Shown: piece by piece, positions 46,432 to 54,964 of the stretch
How the letters are laid out: each line of letters starts with the position of its first letter
How positions within the stretch are numbered: the first letter of the stretch is position 1
Virus record (IMG/VR): IMGVR_UViG_3300020577_009596
Span: 37,557-101,556 of that record
Strand: one strand, 5' to 3'
DNA length: 64,000 bases
From: a virus
Lineage: Duplodnaviria > Caudoviricetes
Position numbers and translations under genes: made by a program
Notes under the pieces: generated by a model
Database searches by the model: none
What the model was told of the DNA's origin: nothing
What the model saw: the letters and a program-made list of their open reading frames with translations, nothing else

Positions 46432-46527
46432 TCAGGCCCCCGTGATCAGCGTGTCGGCGATCGTCGGGACGCTCGCGTAGGGCAGGATCAGCCCCGGCGT
46501 CTGGAACAGGCGGCTCACGAGGGTCTG
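46432..46527 (-). pseudogene. displaced original 3' end (31 codons) of gene 47195..48607
   Basis: QTLVSRLFQTPGLILPYASVPTIADTLITGA* versus live end QCLISRLFQTPGLILPYDASPTISDSLITTP*. Confidence 0.85.
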
Positions 46528-46528
46528 G

Positions 46529-47291
46529 CGTATACTAGATCGAGCACGGTAGAAGTACCACCTCCTACCGTGCTCTGAACGCAACAACCTTTTACGGAGG
46601 CTGTCATATCTACGGATAATTCTACGTCCTTCTCCTACGACCCTGAGACTGATGTTTGTTACCGAACCCTCGCATTCATGGGATTTCCCGATCACCGCGT
46701 CGGAGACGACGGAAGTTCGTGGACTCGTCTCGAACTGTACACGCCTTCTGGTCAGGGACGTGTTGGAGTTCGATATAGAACCGGTACTGTGTGGAAAGAA
46801 TTGTCGCGGCGGAAGGACGAGTATGCTGGAATTTGCTTCTACAAAGACGGCAAAAGACGACAAATCGGCCTTCATGTTTTGATACTGACGGCGTTCGAAG
46901 GACCTCCGCCATTCTTCGGAGCCGAGGCTCGGCATTTTCCTGACAGAAATCCAAGCAATAACCGTTTGATCAACCTTCGGTGGGGTTCTGCAAAGGATAA
47001 CGCCAAGGACCGCGATGAACACGGAACTACTGCTCGGGGAGAACGCAACGGATTTGCTAAGTTGACCGAAACCAAGGTTCGAGCTATAAGAGCCCGATAC
47101 AAAGTTCTTCGTAACTTCTCGGCTGTCGGCAGGGAGTTTAATCTTCATTACACCACCGTAGTCGGGATTGTTAGAAAACAATCTTGGAAACATGTTACGG
47201 AGTAGTGATAAGCGAGTCTGAGATTGTAGGACTTGCGTCGTACGGAAGAATGAGTCCTGGGGTCTGAAACAACCTACTTATAAGACATTGG
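46529..47291. mobile_element. antisense HNH cassette carrying a recoded replacement 3' end of its target gene
   Basis: AT-rich block between the duplicated C-terminal coding sequences; 3-bp TGG microhomology at the junctions. Confidence 0.75.
46678..47205 (+). CDS. NUMOD4-type HNH homing endonuclease (may start at ATA 46606)
   Basis: HRVGDDGS.W, LHVLILTAFEG, RHFPDRNPSNNRLINLRWGSAKDN, WKHV end. Confidence 0.88.
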   Translation: MGFPDHRVGDDGSSWTRLELYTPSGQGRVGVRYRTGTVWKELSRRKDEYAGICFYKDGKRRQIGLHVLILTAFEGPPPFFGAEARHFPDRNPSNNRLINLRWGSAKDNAKDRDEHGTTARGERNGFAKLTETKVRAIRARYKVLRNFSAVGREFNLHYTTVVGIVRKQSWKHVTE

Positions 47292-48607
47292 AACGTGGCA
47301 CCGTACGTCGCCCCGCCGCGGTCGTTCGTGAACGTCAGCGTGAACCCGTCCGGGTCTGGTCGGGCCTCGAACGGGGTCGCCGGGTTCGAGAAGACCGCGA
47401 TCGAGGGGCCGCCGGGGTAGAGGCTGGTGGGCTGGCAGACGCAGACGTCGTCCACGAGCAGGTTCGCCCCCGCCAGGGCCGTCGTGACCTTGATCTTGAG
47501 CCGGACGATGCCGTTCGAGGGGAGCACGACCGGCGTCTGGAACGCGAACGACCGGGCGACCCAGCTCGTCGACAGGCCGGTCAGGGCGAGGGTCTGGCTC
47601 TGGTTGACCCCGGCCTGGTTCTGCAGGACCGTCCCCGTCGAGTCGACGAGGCTCACGGTCAGGACCCCGCCGCTGATCACGCCCGTCGCCTTGGTCCAGA
47701 GGTTGACGAGGTACGGCGTGAACGCGGTGATCGTCGCGACCGTCCCGGCCGTCGCCCCCGTCGCGTCCGACGAGTCGAACTGCTGGGTCAGGGCGTTGAG
47801 CGTCGCCCCCGCGTTGAACTGGACCGAGTAGGTGCCGCCGAGGGCCGTGCCCGACCGCTCGATCGAGGTGCCCCACGTCCCGGTCTCGAGGTACCAGTAG
47901 GACGGGCCGCTGAGGGCGACCGACCAGTCCTCGAAGTCGCCGTTCGTCGTCATGTTCGCGGTCTGCGAGCCGTCGACCGACGCGCTGATCGCGACCCCCG
48001 AGGCGGACTGGCCGCTGCCCTGCGGGAAGTCGAAGTCCCACGTCCCGACCGGCGTCCCCGTCCCGTAGGAGGAGACGTTCGGGGCACCGTTCCACTGCCA
48101 CGGCTCGGACCCCGCGGTCGCGCTGCCGGTGTAGGAGTCCGCCGTGATCAGGAGCGTGCTGACCTCGGCGACCGTGTTCTGGAAGATGAGGCCGTCGTAC
48201 CGGACCAGCGTGACGACGACCGTCCCCCCGCCGACGTTGCCCGAGTCCGGGGTCACGGTCGAGCCGATCACGCACTCCTTGACCGTCGCCGCCTGGGCGA
48301 TCATCGCCTGGTTCAGGTAGAACAGGGCGGACGACAGCGAGGCCCCGTAGGCGGGGTCCTGGGCGACCACGAGGCCCTGGAGGATGTTCCCGACCGCCTG
48401 CGTCCAGACGCCCATCCCCGTCGTCCCCTGCCGGAGCATGGCGTCGTAGGACTGGGCGAGCTGGGCGACCCACGCCGGGTTGACCCACGCCTCGCCGGAC
48501 AGCTGCGTGAACGGCGTCCCCTGCGCGGCCTGGGCCGTGTCGATGAGGTATGCGTTCCGCCCCGCCCGTCCGAGCGAGGTGAACACCTGAGTGAGGTTGA
48601 GGGGCAC
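47195..48607 (-). CDS. virion structural protein with carbohydrate-binding-like domain
   Basis: NMTTNGDFEDW...LLVDDV CBM-like domain; tail module. Confidence 0.6.
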   Translation of the reverse strand: MPLNLTQVFTSLGRAGRNAYLIDTAQAAQGTPFTQLSGEAWVNPAWVAQLAQSYDAMLRQGTTGMGVWTQAVGNILQGLVVAQDPAYGASLSSALFYLNQAMIAQAATVKECVIGSTVTPDSGNVGGGTVVVTLVRYDGLIFQNTVAEVSTLLITADSYTGSATAGSEPWQWNGAPNVSSYGTGTPVGTWDFDFPQGSGQSASGVAISASVDGSQTANMTTNGDFEDWSVALSGPSYWYLETGTWGTSIERSGTALGGTYSVQFNAGATLNALTQQFDSSDATGATAGTVATITAFTPYLVNLWTKATGVISGGVLTVSLVDSTGTVLQNQAGVNQSQTLALTGLSTSWVARSFAFQTPVVLPSNGIVRLKIKVTTALAGANLLVDDVCVCQPTSLYPGGPSIAVFSNPATPFEARPDPDGFTLTFTNDRGGATYGATFQCLISRLFQTPGLILPYDASPTISDSLITTP

Positions 48608-48631
48608 GACCGTCTCCTGTCAGTGTCTTCG

Positions 48632-50644
48632 TCAGGGCGACCGCGACGACCCGCTGCTGCCCGTGCTCGGGGCTCCCGGCAGGACGTTCCCGCCGAGCGG
48701 GTTGCCGCCCGATCCGGTGAGCACCTGACTCGTGAACTGCTGGCCCGCGCCACCCGCGGTGAGGACGGCGGTAGTCGCCGCCTGGACCCAGTTGGCCGGT
48801 CCGCTCGGACCCTCGAAGAACGAGGCGACGAGGAACGGCTGCAGCTCCGCCCCCCTGACGACCTTGCTCGCGTCGAGGGCCTGGTACTCGTAGATCCCCG
48901 ACGCCTCGTAGACCATGCTCACGCCGTCGGAGGCGACCCGCATCTCGCGGATGCCCTCGTAGGAGTTGACGAACACCCAGTTCGGGTCGGTCAGCTCGGT
49001 CGGGGGCAGCCGGGGCGGGGACCCGGTCCGCATCGCCGCCCACCGCTTCCTCAGCATCGTCATACTGGACGAGTGGGCGATCGCGACGTTGGTCCCGGCG
49101 GAGTCCGAGGTCGGCACGACGAGCACGCCGGGGTCGCCGAGGTACTCGTTCAGGCACTGCCAGTAGTCGTACGCTCCGGGCAACCCGTCCCAGCTGTAGA
49201 GGGAGCCCTGGGAGTCCCCGCCGTTGATCGTCGTCGGGTACTCGCTCGCGTTGAGGGTCGAGAGGGACGCGGTCAGCTGGCTCGTGCTGATCTGGGTCGC
49301 CCCGCCGTTGCCGCCCCGCAGCTCCGTGTTGAACCCGTTCGGGTCGGTCGTCCGCAGCTCGACCTCGACGGGTCCCGCGGCCGGGTCCGTCTTGAGGTCA
49401 ACCCCGCACGGGTCGCTGAGGAGGGCGGCGAACAGCTTGATCGCGGGGGCCAGCATGACGCCGTCGGACGGGCCGTTGATCGCGCCCGACGGGTCCGCCC
49501 ACTTGGCGAATCCGATCGCGTTGCTCGGGCTCGTCGGGCTGGTCCCGTAGCCGACCCACGGGAGGATCGGCACCTGGTCGGTCGCCTTGCCCTGCTGGGT
49601 CGGCCTCCCCGCGAGGTAGGCGATGCCGAGGCCGATCAGGCCGCTCGCCCACGTCGCCGTGCTGACCGTGTTCTGACCCTTCGTCTTGGAGTCCGGGGCG
49701 ACGGAATAGCTGACCGTGAAGTCCGCCTGGACCGAGTCCTTGGCCTCCGCGGAGCGGAAGACCGCCGTCCCGATCACCTTCCCGCTCGAGGCGAGAGGGT
49801 TCGATGCGTTGAGCCGGGCGAACGCGACCTGCGTGCACAGGTTCTGGAGGTCGACCGGGTTGGCGTGGATCATCCCCCGCATCGAGACGTTGATCTGCCC
49901 CTTGCGCATCGCCCCGAGGAGCGGGAGCGACTCCTGCTGGACCACGTCCATGTCGACGGCGGGGTAGGGCGGAGCGTAGCGGATCTGGCCGTCGACGAAC
50001 GCGAAGTCGCAGCGGAGACCGTCGCGGGAGACCGTGTAGTGCGCGGCCTCGCGGGCGAACCCCGGCGCGACGGTCGGGGCGAGGACGGTCCGCCGGTACT
50101 GGTCGAGGCTGATCGTCGACCGGCTCGAGATGATGATCGTGCCGACCCGCCGGTACGTCGCTTTCCAGTAGCGGTCGAACTCGATCGTGTCCTCCCAGCG
50201 GAGGCTGAGCGGGGTCGAGGTCAGGGCGAAGCCGCAGTCCCGCAGCTTGACGGTACAGGCCCACGTCACCTCGAGCGTCGCCGGGGTCGTGTAGGTGACG
50301 CTGAATGCGTCCGGGTCCGGCAGCGGGCCGTTGGCGTCGTCCCGGCCGTCTGGCAGGTTGATGATCGGGGCGGCTCCGACCGTGCCGGGGGCCGACGTCA
50401 GGTCATAGTACAGCGGGGCGCGGGGCTGGGTCAGGTAGTGGCGGATCCGCGTCAGCGTGTTGGCGACGTTCCCCTGGTCGATGCTGTAGTTGGAGGGGAG
50501 GGCGGCGATGTTCAGGTAGGCGCGGACCTTGAGCCGGATCGTCGTGTAGAGCTGGTCCGAGCTCGAGGGGTCCATCCCCGGACTCATCACGTTGACCTCG
50601 GTCCGCGGGTAGCTGAAGGTGATGCCGTTGTACGTGACGCTCAC
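48632..50644 (-). CDS. minor tail protein downstream of the tape measure gene
   Basis: GTG start overlapping the upstream stop (VSVTYNGITF...). Confidence 0.6.
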   Translation of the reverse strand: MSVTYNGITFSYPRTEVNVMSPGMDPSSSDQLYTTIRLKVRAYLNIAALPSNYSIDQGNVANTLTRIRHYLTQPRAPLYYDLTSAPGTVGAAPIINLPDGRDDANGPLPDPDAFSVTYTTPATLEVTWACTVKLRDCGFALTSTPLSLRWEDTIEFDRYWKATYRRVGTIIISSRSTISLDQYRRTVLAPTVAPGFAREAAHYTVSRDGLRCDFAFVDGQIRYAPPYPAVDMDVVQQESLPLLGAMRKGQINVSMRGMIHANPVDLQNLCTQVAFARLNASNPLASSGKVIGTAVFRSAEAKDSVQADFTVSYSVAPDSKTKGQNTVSTATWASGLIGLGIAYLAGRPTQQGKATDQVPILPWVGYGTSPTSPSNAIGFAKWADPSGAINGPSDGVMLAPAIKLFAALLSDPCGVDLKTDPAAGPVEVELRTTDPNGFNTELRGGNGGATQISTSQLTASLSTLNASEYPTTINGGDSQGSLYSWDGLPGAYDYWQCLNEYLGDPGVLVVPTSDSAGTNVAIAHSSSMTMLRKRWAAMRTGSPPRLPPTELTDPNWVFVNSYEGIREMRVASDGVSMVYEASGIYEYQALDASKVVRGAELQPFLVASFFEGPSGPANWVQAATTAVLTAGGAGQQFTSQVLTGSGGNPLGGNVLPGAPSTGSSGSSRSP

Positions 50645-52086
50645 GGGAACCTCCGCGGCTCGGGTCCGCCGACGACCGGCGCGTTGGAGGGGCCGCTCGG
50701 CCACCGCGGGAAGTTCGCCCGGTCCATCTCCTCGGCCAGCTTGCGGAGCCGGTCGAACGGGACCTCGTCCTCGGCCTTGTCCTCCTTCCAGAAGTCGGGC
50801 AGGGCGTCGTAGATCATGTTGATGACCTTGGCCCCGTCCGAGATCGGGGCGAGAATCTGACCGATCAGGTCGAGTGCCCGGCCGCCGACCGTGTTCGCGA
50901 TGTTCGTCAGGAGGGACTCGATCGGCCGCAGCTTCTCCTCGAAGGCGTCGAGGCTCTTGGTCAGCCCGCGGCTGCTGTCGCCGGTCTCCTGGGCCGTGTC
51001 GATGTCCCGCCGGACCCGGTTCGCGTCGAGCTGGGCGACCCCGACCGCCTGCTGGGCACCGTACTCGCTCAGTCGCCGGACCTCGGCCTCCTGGGCGCGG
51101 GCGAGGGCGTAGGACTGCTTCCCCGCCTCGAACGCCGCGACCGCCAGCACCGCGAGGCCCGCCGTCGCGGCACCGGCACCAGCGAGGGCACTCGCCTCCG
51201 CTCCAGCCGCGGCTTCTCCGGACGCTGCCGCCGCTCGGCCCGCCGTCCCCGCCCCCGACGACGCGGCCTTGGTCTTCGGCTTGGCCCCCTTGAAGACGCT
51301 GCGGAGGCTCTCCCTGGTCCGGTAGTACGTCCCCCGCATCCCCCTCGCGAACCCGGCGAGGTTGCTCCCCGACCGGCTGCGTCCCGCTCCGGGTGTCACC
51401 GCGAGGTCGAGGGCGTCGAGCGCGGCCTGGGTCAGCGGGCTGCGGACGTAGTCGTCCTCGCCCTCCCCGCCGTTCCCGAGGCCGGTCGTCTGGCCGGTCT
51501 GCCGACCGAGGGAGCCCTTGGACAGGGACCGGATCGCGTCCCGGATCTCGACGAGGCGGGACTGGGTGGACGTCTCGAGAGCCCACGGCCCGCGGCGGTC
51601 CTCGGAGGGTCCCTCTCGCCCTCCCTCTCCTCCCCCGCCGCCGGGCGGGACCGGTACGGGTCCGACGCCTTCGGGGCCGCGAGAGGGCCTCTCGGAGGGC
51701 GGGAGGACGTCGTAGGTCTCGGGCCGGGGGGCCGCGTGGATCTCGTAGGGGTCGACCTCGGGCAGGTCGTACCACGGGTGGCGGTCCGGACCGGTCGGGT
51801 CGAAGAAGGGGCCTCCCTCGGAGGGAGGGGGCGGGGCGTCCTGAGGCGGCTTGCGGTCGACGGGGGGCGAGAAGAGGGCGTCGGCGACAGTCCGGCTGCC
51901 GAGGCTCGCGTCGAGGGACCGGGCCGCGACGGAGGCGTTCGTGAGAGACTCGGACTCCCGCTGGAGCTGACCCTGCAGGTCGGCCAGCTCGGCGTCCTCT
52001 CCGGGCGTCAGGGCGTAGCCGGAGTCCGCGCGGTTGCGCAGCTCGCGGTAGCGGGGGTACCAGTCTGGGCCGTAGTCGGTCGGCAA
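50641..52086 (-). CDS. tape measure-like protein (short)
   Basis: Ala/Gly-rich helical C-terminal half; follows the frameshifted chaperone. Confidence 0.6.
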   Translation of the reverse strand: MPTDYGPDWYPRYRELRNRADSGYALTPGEDAELADLQGQLQRESESLTNASVAARSLDASLGSRTVADALFSPPVDRKPPQDAPPPPSEGGPFFDPTGPDRHPWYDLPEVDPYEIHAAPRPETYDVLPPSERPSRGPEGVGPVPVPPGGGGGEGGREGPSEDRRGPWALETSTQSRLVEIRDAIRSLSKGSLGRQTGQTTGLGNGGEGEDDYVRSPLTQAALDALDLAVTPGAGRSRSGSNLAGFARGMRGTYYRTRESLRSVFKGAKPKTKAASSGAGTAGRAAAASGEAAAGAEASALAGAGAATAGLAVLAVAAFEAGKQSYALARAQEAEVRRLSEYGAQQAVGVAQLDANRVRRDIDTAQETGDSSRGLTKSLDAFEEKLRPIESLLTNIANTVGGRALDLIGQILAPISDGAKVINMIYDALPDFWKEDKAEDEVPFDRLRKLAEEMDRANFPRWPSGPSNAPVVGGPEPRRFP

Positions 52087-52087
52087 G

Positions 52088-52635
52088 TCACGCTCTCGCT
52101 CTCAGGAACCCGAGGGTCACCGCCCTCGCGAGTCGCTCCGTCCGCTCCGCCGCCACGTCCTCCCGGCTCAGATAGACGCCGAGGTACTCGCAGGCGGTGG
52201 GCTGGCGACGCCAGGGGAGGCCCGCGACTGCGGCCTCTGAAAAGGGCGGGCGAGCCGGACCAGGTCGTCGCAGAACCGCAGGAACCCGCCCAGCAGGTCG
52301 AACGCCTCGACCTCCGTCAGGCCCGCGGGTCGGCCGTCGACGTCGGTCAGGGGGGTCGTGCCGAACGCCGCGTGGGTCGCCCGCAGCACCCTCGCCCGCA
52401 GGTCCTCGACCCGGCTCTCGGCCTCCTCCCTCTGCTCGCCGACGAGGCCCTGAGGGACCGGCCTGGCGAGGTCGGCCAGGACCTGACGCCAGTCGCGACC
52501 GAGGGCGTCGATCAGCCCCCGCTCGACCGCGATCGGGTCCGCCCACCGCTTGCGGGAGCCGTCCCGGAACCGGAACACCAGCCTCTCCGCGTCCGGGTCG
52601 CCCCAGACGAGTCGCCGCAGCCAGCCGAAGATCAT
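52088..52635 (-). CDS. tail assembly chaperone G (52168..52635) and GT via -1 frameshift (to 52088)
   Basis: C CCT TTT slippery heptamer in frame at 52240-52246; the -1 frame is open to 52088, adjacent to the tape measure start. Confidence 0.7.
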
Positions 52636-52949
52636 CACGCGGCCTCCGTCGGGGACTTCGGGCCGTGGATCGTCCGCTCCTCGACGAAGTCGTCGCCGAC
52701 CGCGCGGCCGATCACGATCCGGCAGTCCGGGTGGTCGGTGACGTAGCCGGAGGCGTGGTCGGGGTGCGGGACGTTGGGCAGGCCGGTCAGGTCGTCGGTC
52801 TTGACGACCGTCCCGACGAACCCGATCTCGACCTTGGAGCCGTGGCTCCGCAGCTCCGCGACGATCCGCTCGGGCGGGACGGCGTCCCGGAAGGTCCGCT
52901 CCCACCGCGGGGAGCCGGACGGGTGGATGACGTGGACGAGCTGGCTCAC
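52635..52949 (-). CDS. hypothetical protein
   Basis: coupled ORF in the tail operon. Confidence 0.55.
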   Translation of the reverse strand: MSQLVHVIHPSGSPRWERTFRDAVPPERIVAELRSHGSKVEIGFVGTVVKTDDLTGLPNVPHPDHASGYVTDHPDCRIVIGRAVGDDFVEERTIHGPKSPTEAA

Positions 52950-53305
52950 TTGGCCTCCGCGTATTCGGGGTACTCGGCGAAGAACGCCTGACGAGTCTCC
53001 TCGTCGAGGTCCTCGAGACGGAGGCGAGGAATACTCGACGCCTCCTCCTGACTGATCGACGGAATGCCGAGCGAGATCGATCGATCCCCCTCGACGAAGG
53101 TCCAGTTCCAGTCGTCGACGCTCTCCTCGAGCACGAACTTGGCCGCCGCGAACGTCGCGAGGACCGGGTGGTCGGCCGGCAGAGCCTCCAGCCGCCTCTG
53201 GACCACTCCCTTGGCGACCTCGAGCGACGAGAACTCGGGGTCGCCCTCGACTCGGAAGAACCCGAGACGGTCGCTCGGACTCTGGACTACCAGTCTTCGG
53301 CTCAT
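52946..53305 (-). CDS. hypothetical protein
   Basis: AGGAG RBS, coupled ORF. Confidence 0.55.
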   Translation of the reverse strand: MSRRLVVQSPSDRLGFFRVEGDPEFSSLEVAKGVVQRRLEALPADHPVLATFAAAKFVLEESVDDWNWTFVEGDRSISLGIPSISQEEASSIPRLRLEDLDEETRQAFFAEYPEYAEAK

Positions 53306-53493
53306 GACTCTTCTCCTGGCGGGCGAATAGTAGCTGAAACCTCGATCGTCACGAGATCGTACAGGAGGACCTCGCGGGGATTCTTCAGGTGGTCTCGGAC
53401 GCGGTCGAGGATCGAGACGCGGTTGACGGAGGTCTCGACGAACCCCTGCCCCGCGCCCCGGAACTCGTAGCCGTCGTAGGTCAGTGTCATCAT
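53302..53493 (-). CDS. hypothetical protein
   Basis: MMTLTYDGYEF..., coupled to the major tail stop. Confidence 0.5.
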   Translation of the reverse strand: MMTLTYDGYEFRGAGQGFVETSVNRVSILDRVRDHLKNPREVLLYDLVTIEVSATIRPPGEES

Positions 53494-54038
53494 CACACGC
53501 GGCTGTAGAGGACGCTGCTGGTGATGACCGGGCTCGATGCCGGGTTGACGTAGTTGATGGCCCGGAACTCGAAGTTGGGCTTGGTCTCGAGGGTGCTGGC
53601 CTTGTTCGATCCGGGGTTGCGGACCTGGCAGTAGGTGAACAGCCAGCCGCCGTCGACTTCGCCCGCGCCCGAGGCCCACTTGATCGTCGGCAGGTTGGAG
53701 TTGCCTCCGAACAGCGTGCCGGGGACGACCATCACCCCCTCGGTCCCGGCCCCGTTGGCCTGGCTCATCGCCCGGAGCTTGTTGACGTAGGCCCCGGCGA
53801 ACGGGACGAGGTTGCACCGGACGATCGCCGTGAAGTTCAGGAAGATGATCTCGCCCGCGTCGCCCGCGGGACCGCCCGCCCCGTCGAACTTGATGTCCGA
53901 GGTGAACGGCCGGAGCTCAACGTCCGCACCGTCCTCGCAGACACCGACGTTCACGAACGCGCTGGCCGAGCCGATGTTGGCCTGGATCGTGATTGGACCA
54001 GCAACATGATAGCTGGGAGTGGTCGCGGGCGACGCCAT
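53493..54038 (-). CDS. major tail (tube) protein
   Basis: 181 aa; VGVCEDGADV...D..GG pattern; lies between the adaptor and the chaperone. Confidence 0.65.
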   Translation of the reverse strand: MASPATTPSYHVAGPITIQANIGSASAFVNVGVCEDGADVELRPFTSDIKFDGAGGPAGDAGEIIFLNFTAIVRCNLVPFAGAYVNKLRAMSQANGAGTEGVMVVPGTLFGGNSNLPTIKWASGAGEVDGGWLFTYCQVRNPGSNKASTLETKPNFEFRAINYVNPASSPVITSSVLYSRV

Positions 54039-54056
54039 GATGTCTCTCCGTCGGGG

Positions 54057-54632
54057 TCAGTTGTCGCCGCCGGACGCCCAGTTCTGGGATCCGAGCTGGT
54101 ACGGGTTGCCGGGGAAGAGCCGGTACGCGCGGCTCACCACGTTCGGCGTCAGCAGCATGTTCGGGTTCGCTGGCTGGACGCTCGGGAGGCCCGCGTCCAT
54201 CGTCTCCTCGAACGTGAAGATCTTCTGGCCGTCCCGGAGGTCGCGGAGCATCGCCTCGCTCTCCTTGGCTCCGGGGCACTCGTCTGGCCGGGCCGATCCG
54301 GGCTTGAGCCGCTGGTACAGGCCCCACATCGTCCGGGCCGCGTTGAGCCCCTGGAGGAGGGCCGCGCTCATGCCGGCGAGGGCCTGGAGGTCCAGCGGGG
54401 TGTACCGTCGAGCGATCGCGCAGGCCGCCTCGATCTCGCCCGCCCCCCGGCTCAGGAACGTCAGCAGCTTGGCTCCGGCCGGGTTGGTCGAGTCGAGCAT
54501 CGCCAGGTAGCTCGGCCGCGGGGCGTCGGGCGTCGCCCTCAGGACGTCTGCGGCGAGCTGCGGGGCGTAATAGACGAAGAACTGCGCCGCCGTGCAGTAG
54601 GGGGTCGTCGAGCTGGCGGTCGTCTGGGCCAC
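54057..54632 (-). CDS. head-tail adaptor (Mu gp36/DUF1320-like)
   Basis: YCTAAQF...GEIEAA...RYTPLDL...LYQR...LRDLRDG. Confidence 0.7.
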   Translation of the reverse strand: MAQTTASSTTPYCTAAQFFVYYAPQLAADVLRATPDAPRPSYLAMLDSTNPAGAKLLTFLSRGAGEIEAACAIARRYTPLDLQALAGMSAALLQGLNAARTMWGLYQRLKPGSARPDECPGAKESEAMLRDLRDGQKIFTFEETMDAGLPSVQPANPNMLLTPNVVSRAYRLFPGNPYQLGSQNWASGGDN

Positions 54633-54642
54633 GGTCCCTCCG

Positions 54643-54945
54643 TCACGGACCCGCCGACAGCCGGTGGGCCTTGATCAGTCGCTCGCAGAGCCAGGTGCCG
54701 CCGGGCGGACGCTCCCCGAACTCCACGCTCACGTCCGGGGCGTCGAGCACGTCCGGCCCGAGGTTGGCCCGGACCAGCACCATCGCCACGTCCGGGCTCG
54801 AGCCGGGGAACAGCCACTTGGGGCCGTCCTGGACCGCCTCGGGCTGGCCGGAGGCCCCGATAACGCGAGACCACCGGGCGACCCGGACGCCCCGAACCGT
54901 CTCGGAGTCGCCCCGCGGCCTCTCGGTGGTCCGGAGAAACAGCAT
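54643..54945 (-). CDS. hypothetical protein
   Basis: GGAG RBS after the capsid gene. Confidence 0.5.
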   Translation of the reverse strand: MLFLRTTERPRGDSETVRGVRVARWSRVIGASGQPEAVQDGPKWLFPGSSPDVAMVLVRANLGPDVLDAPDVSVEFGERPPGGTWLCERLIKAHRLSAGP

Positions 54946-54964
54946 CGTCGGACTCCCCGCCCGA

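Noticed and set aside
46432-47291. Diversity-generating retroelement template/variable repeat pair
   Set aside because: Differences are mostly synonymous and not adenine-specific; no reverse transcriptase in the window
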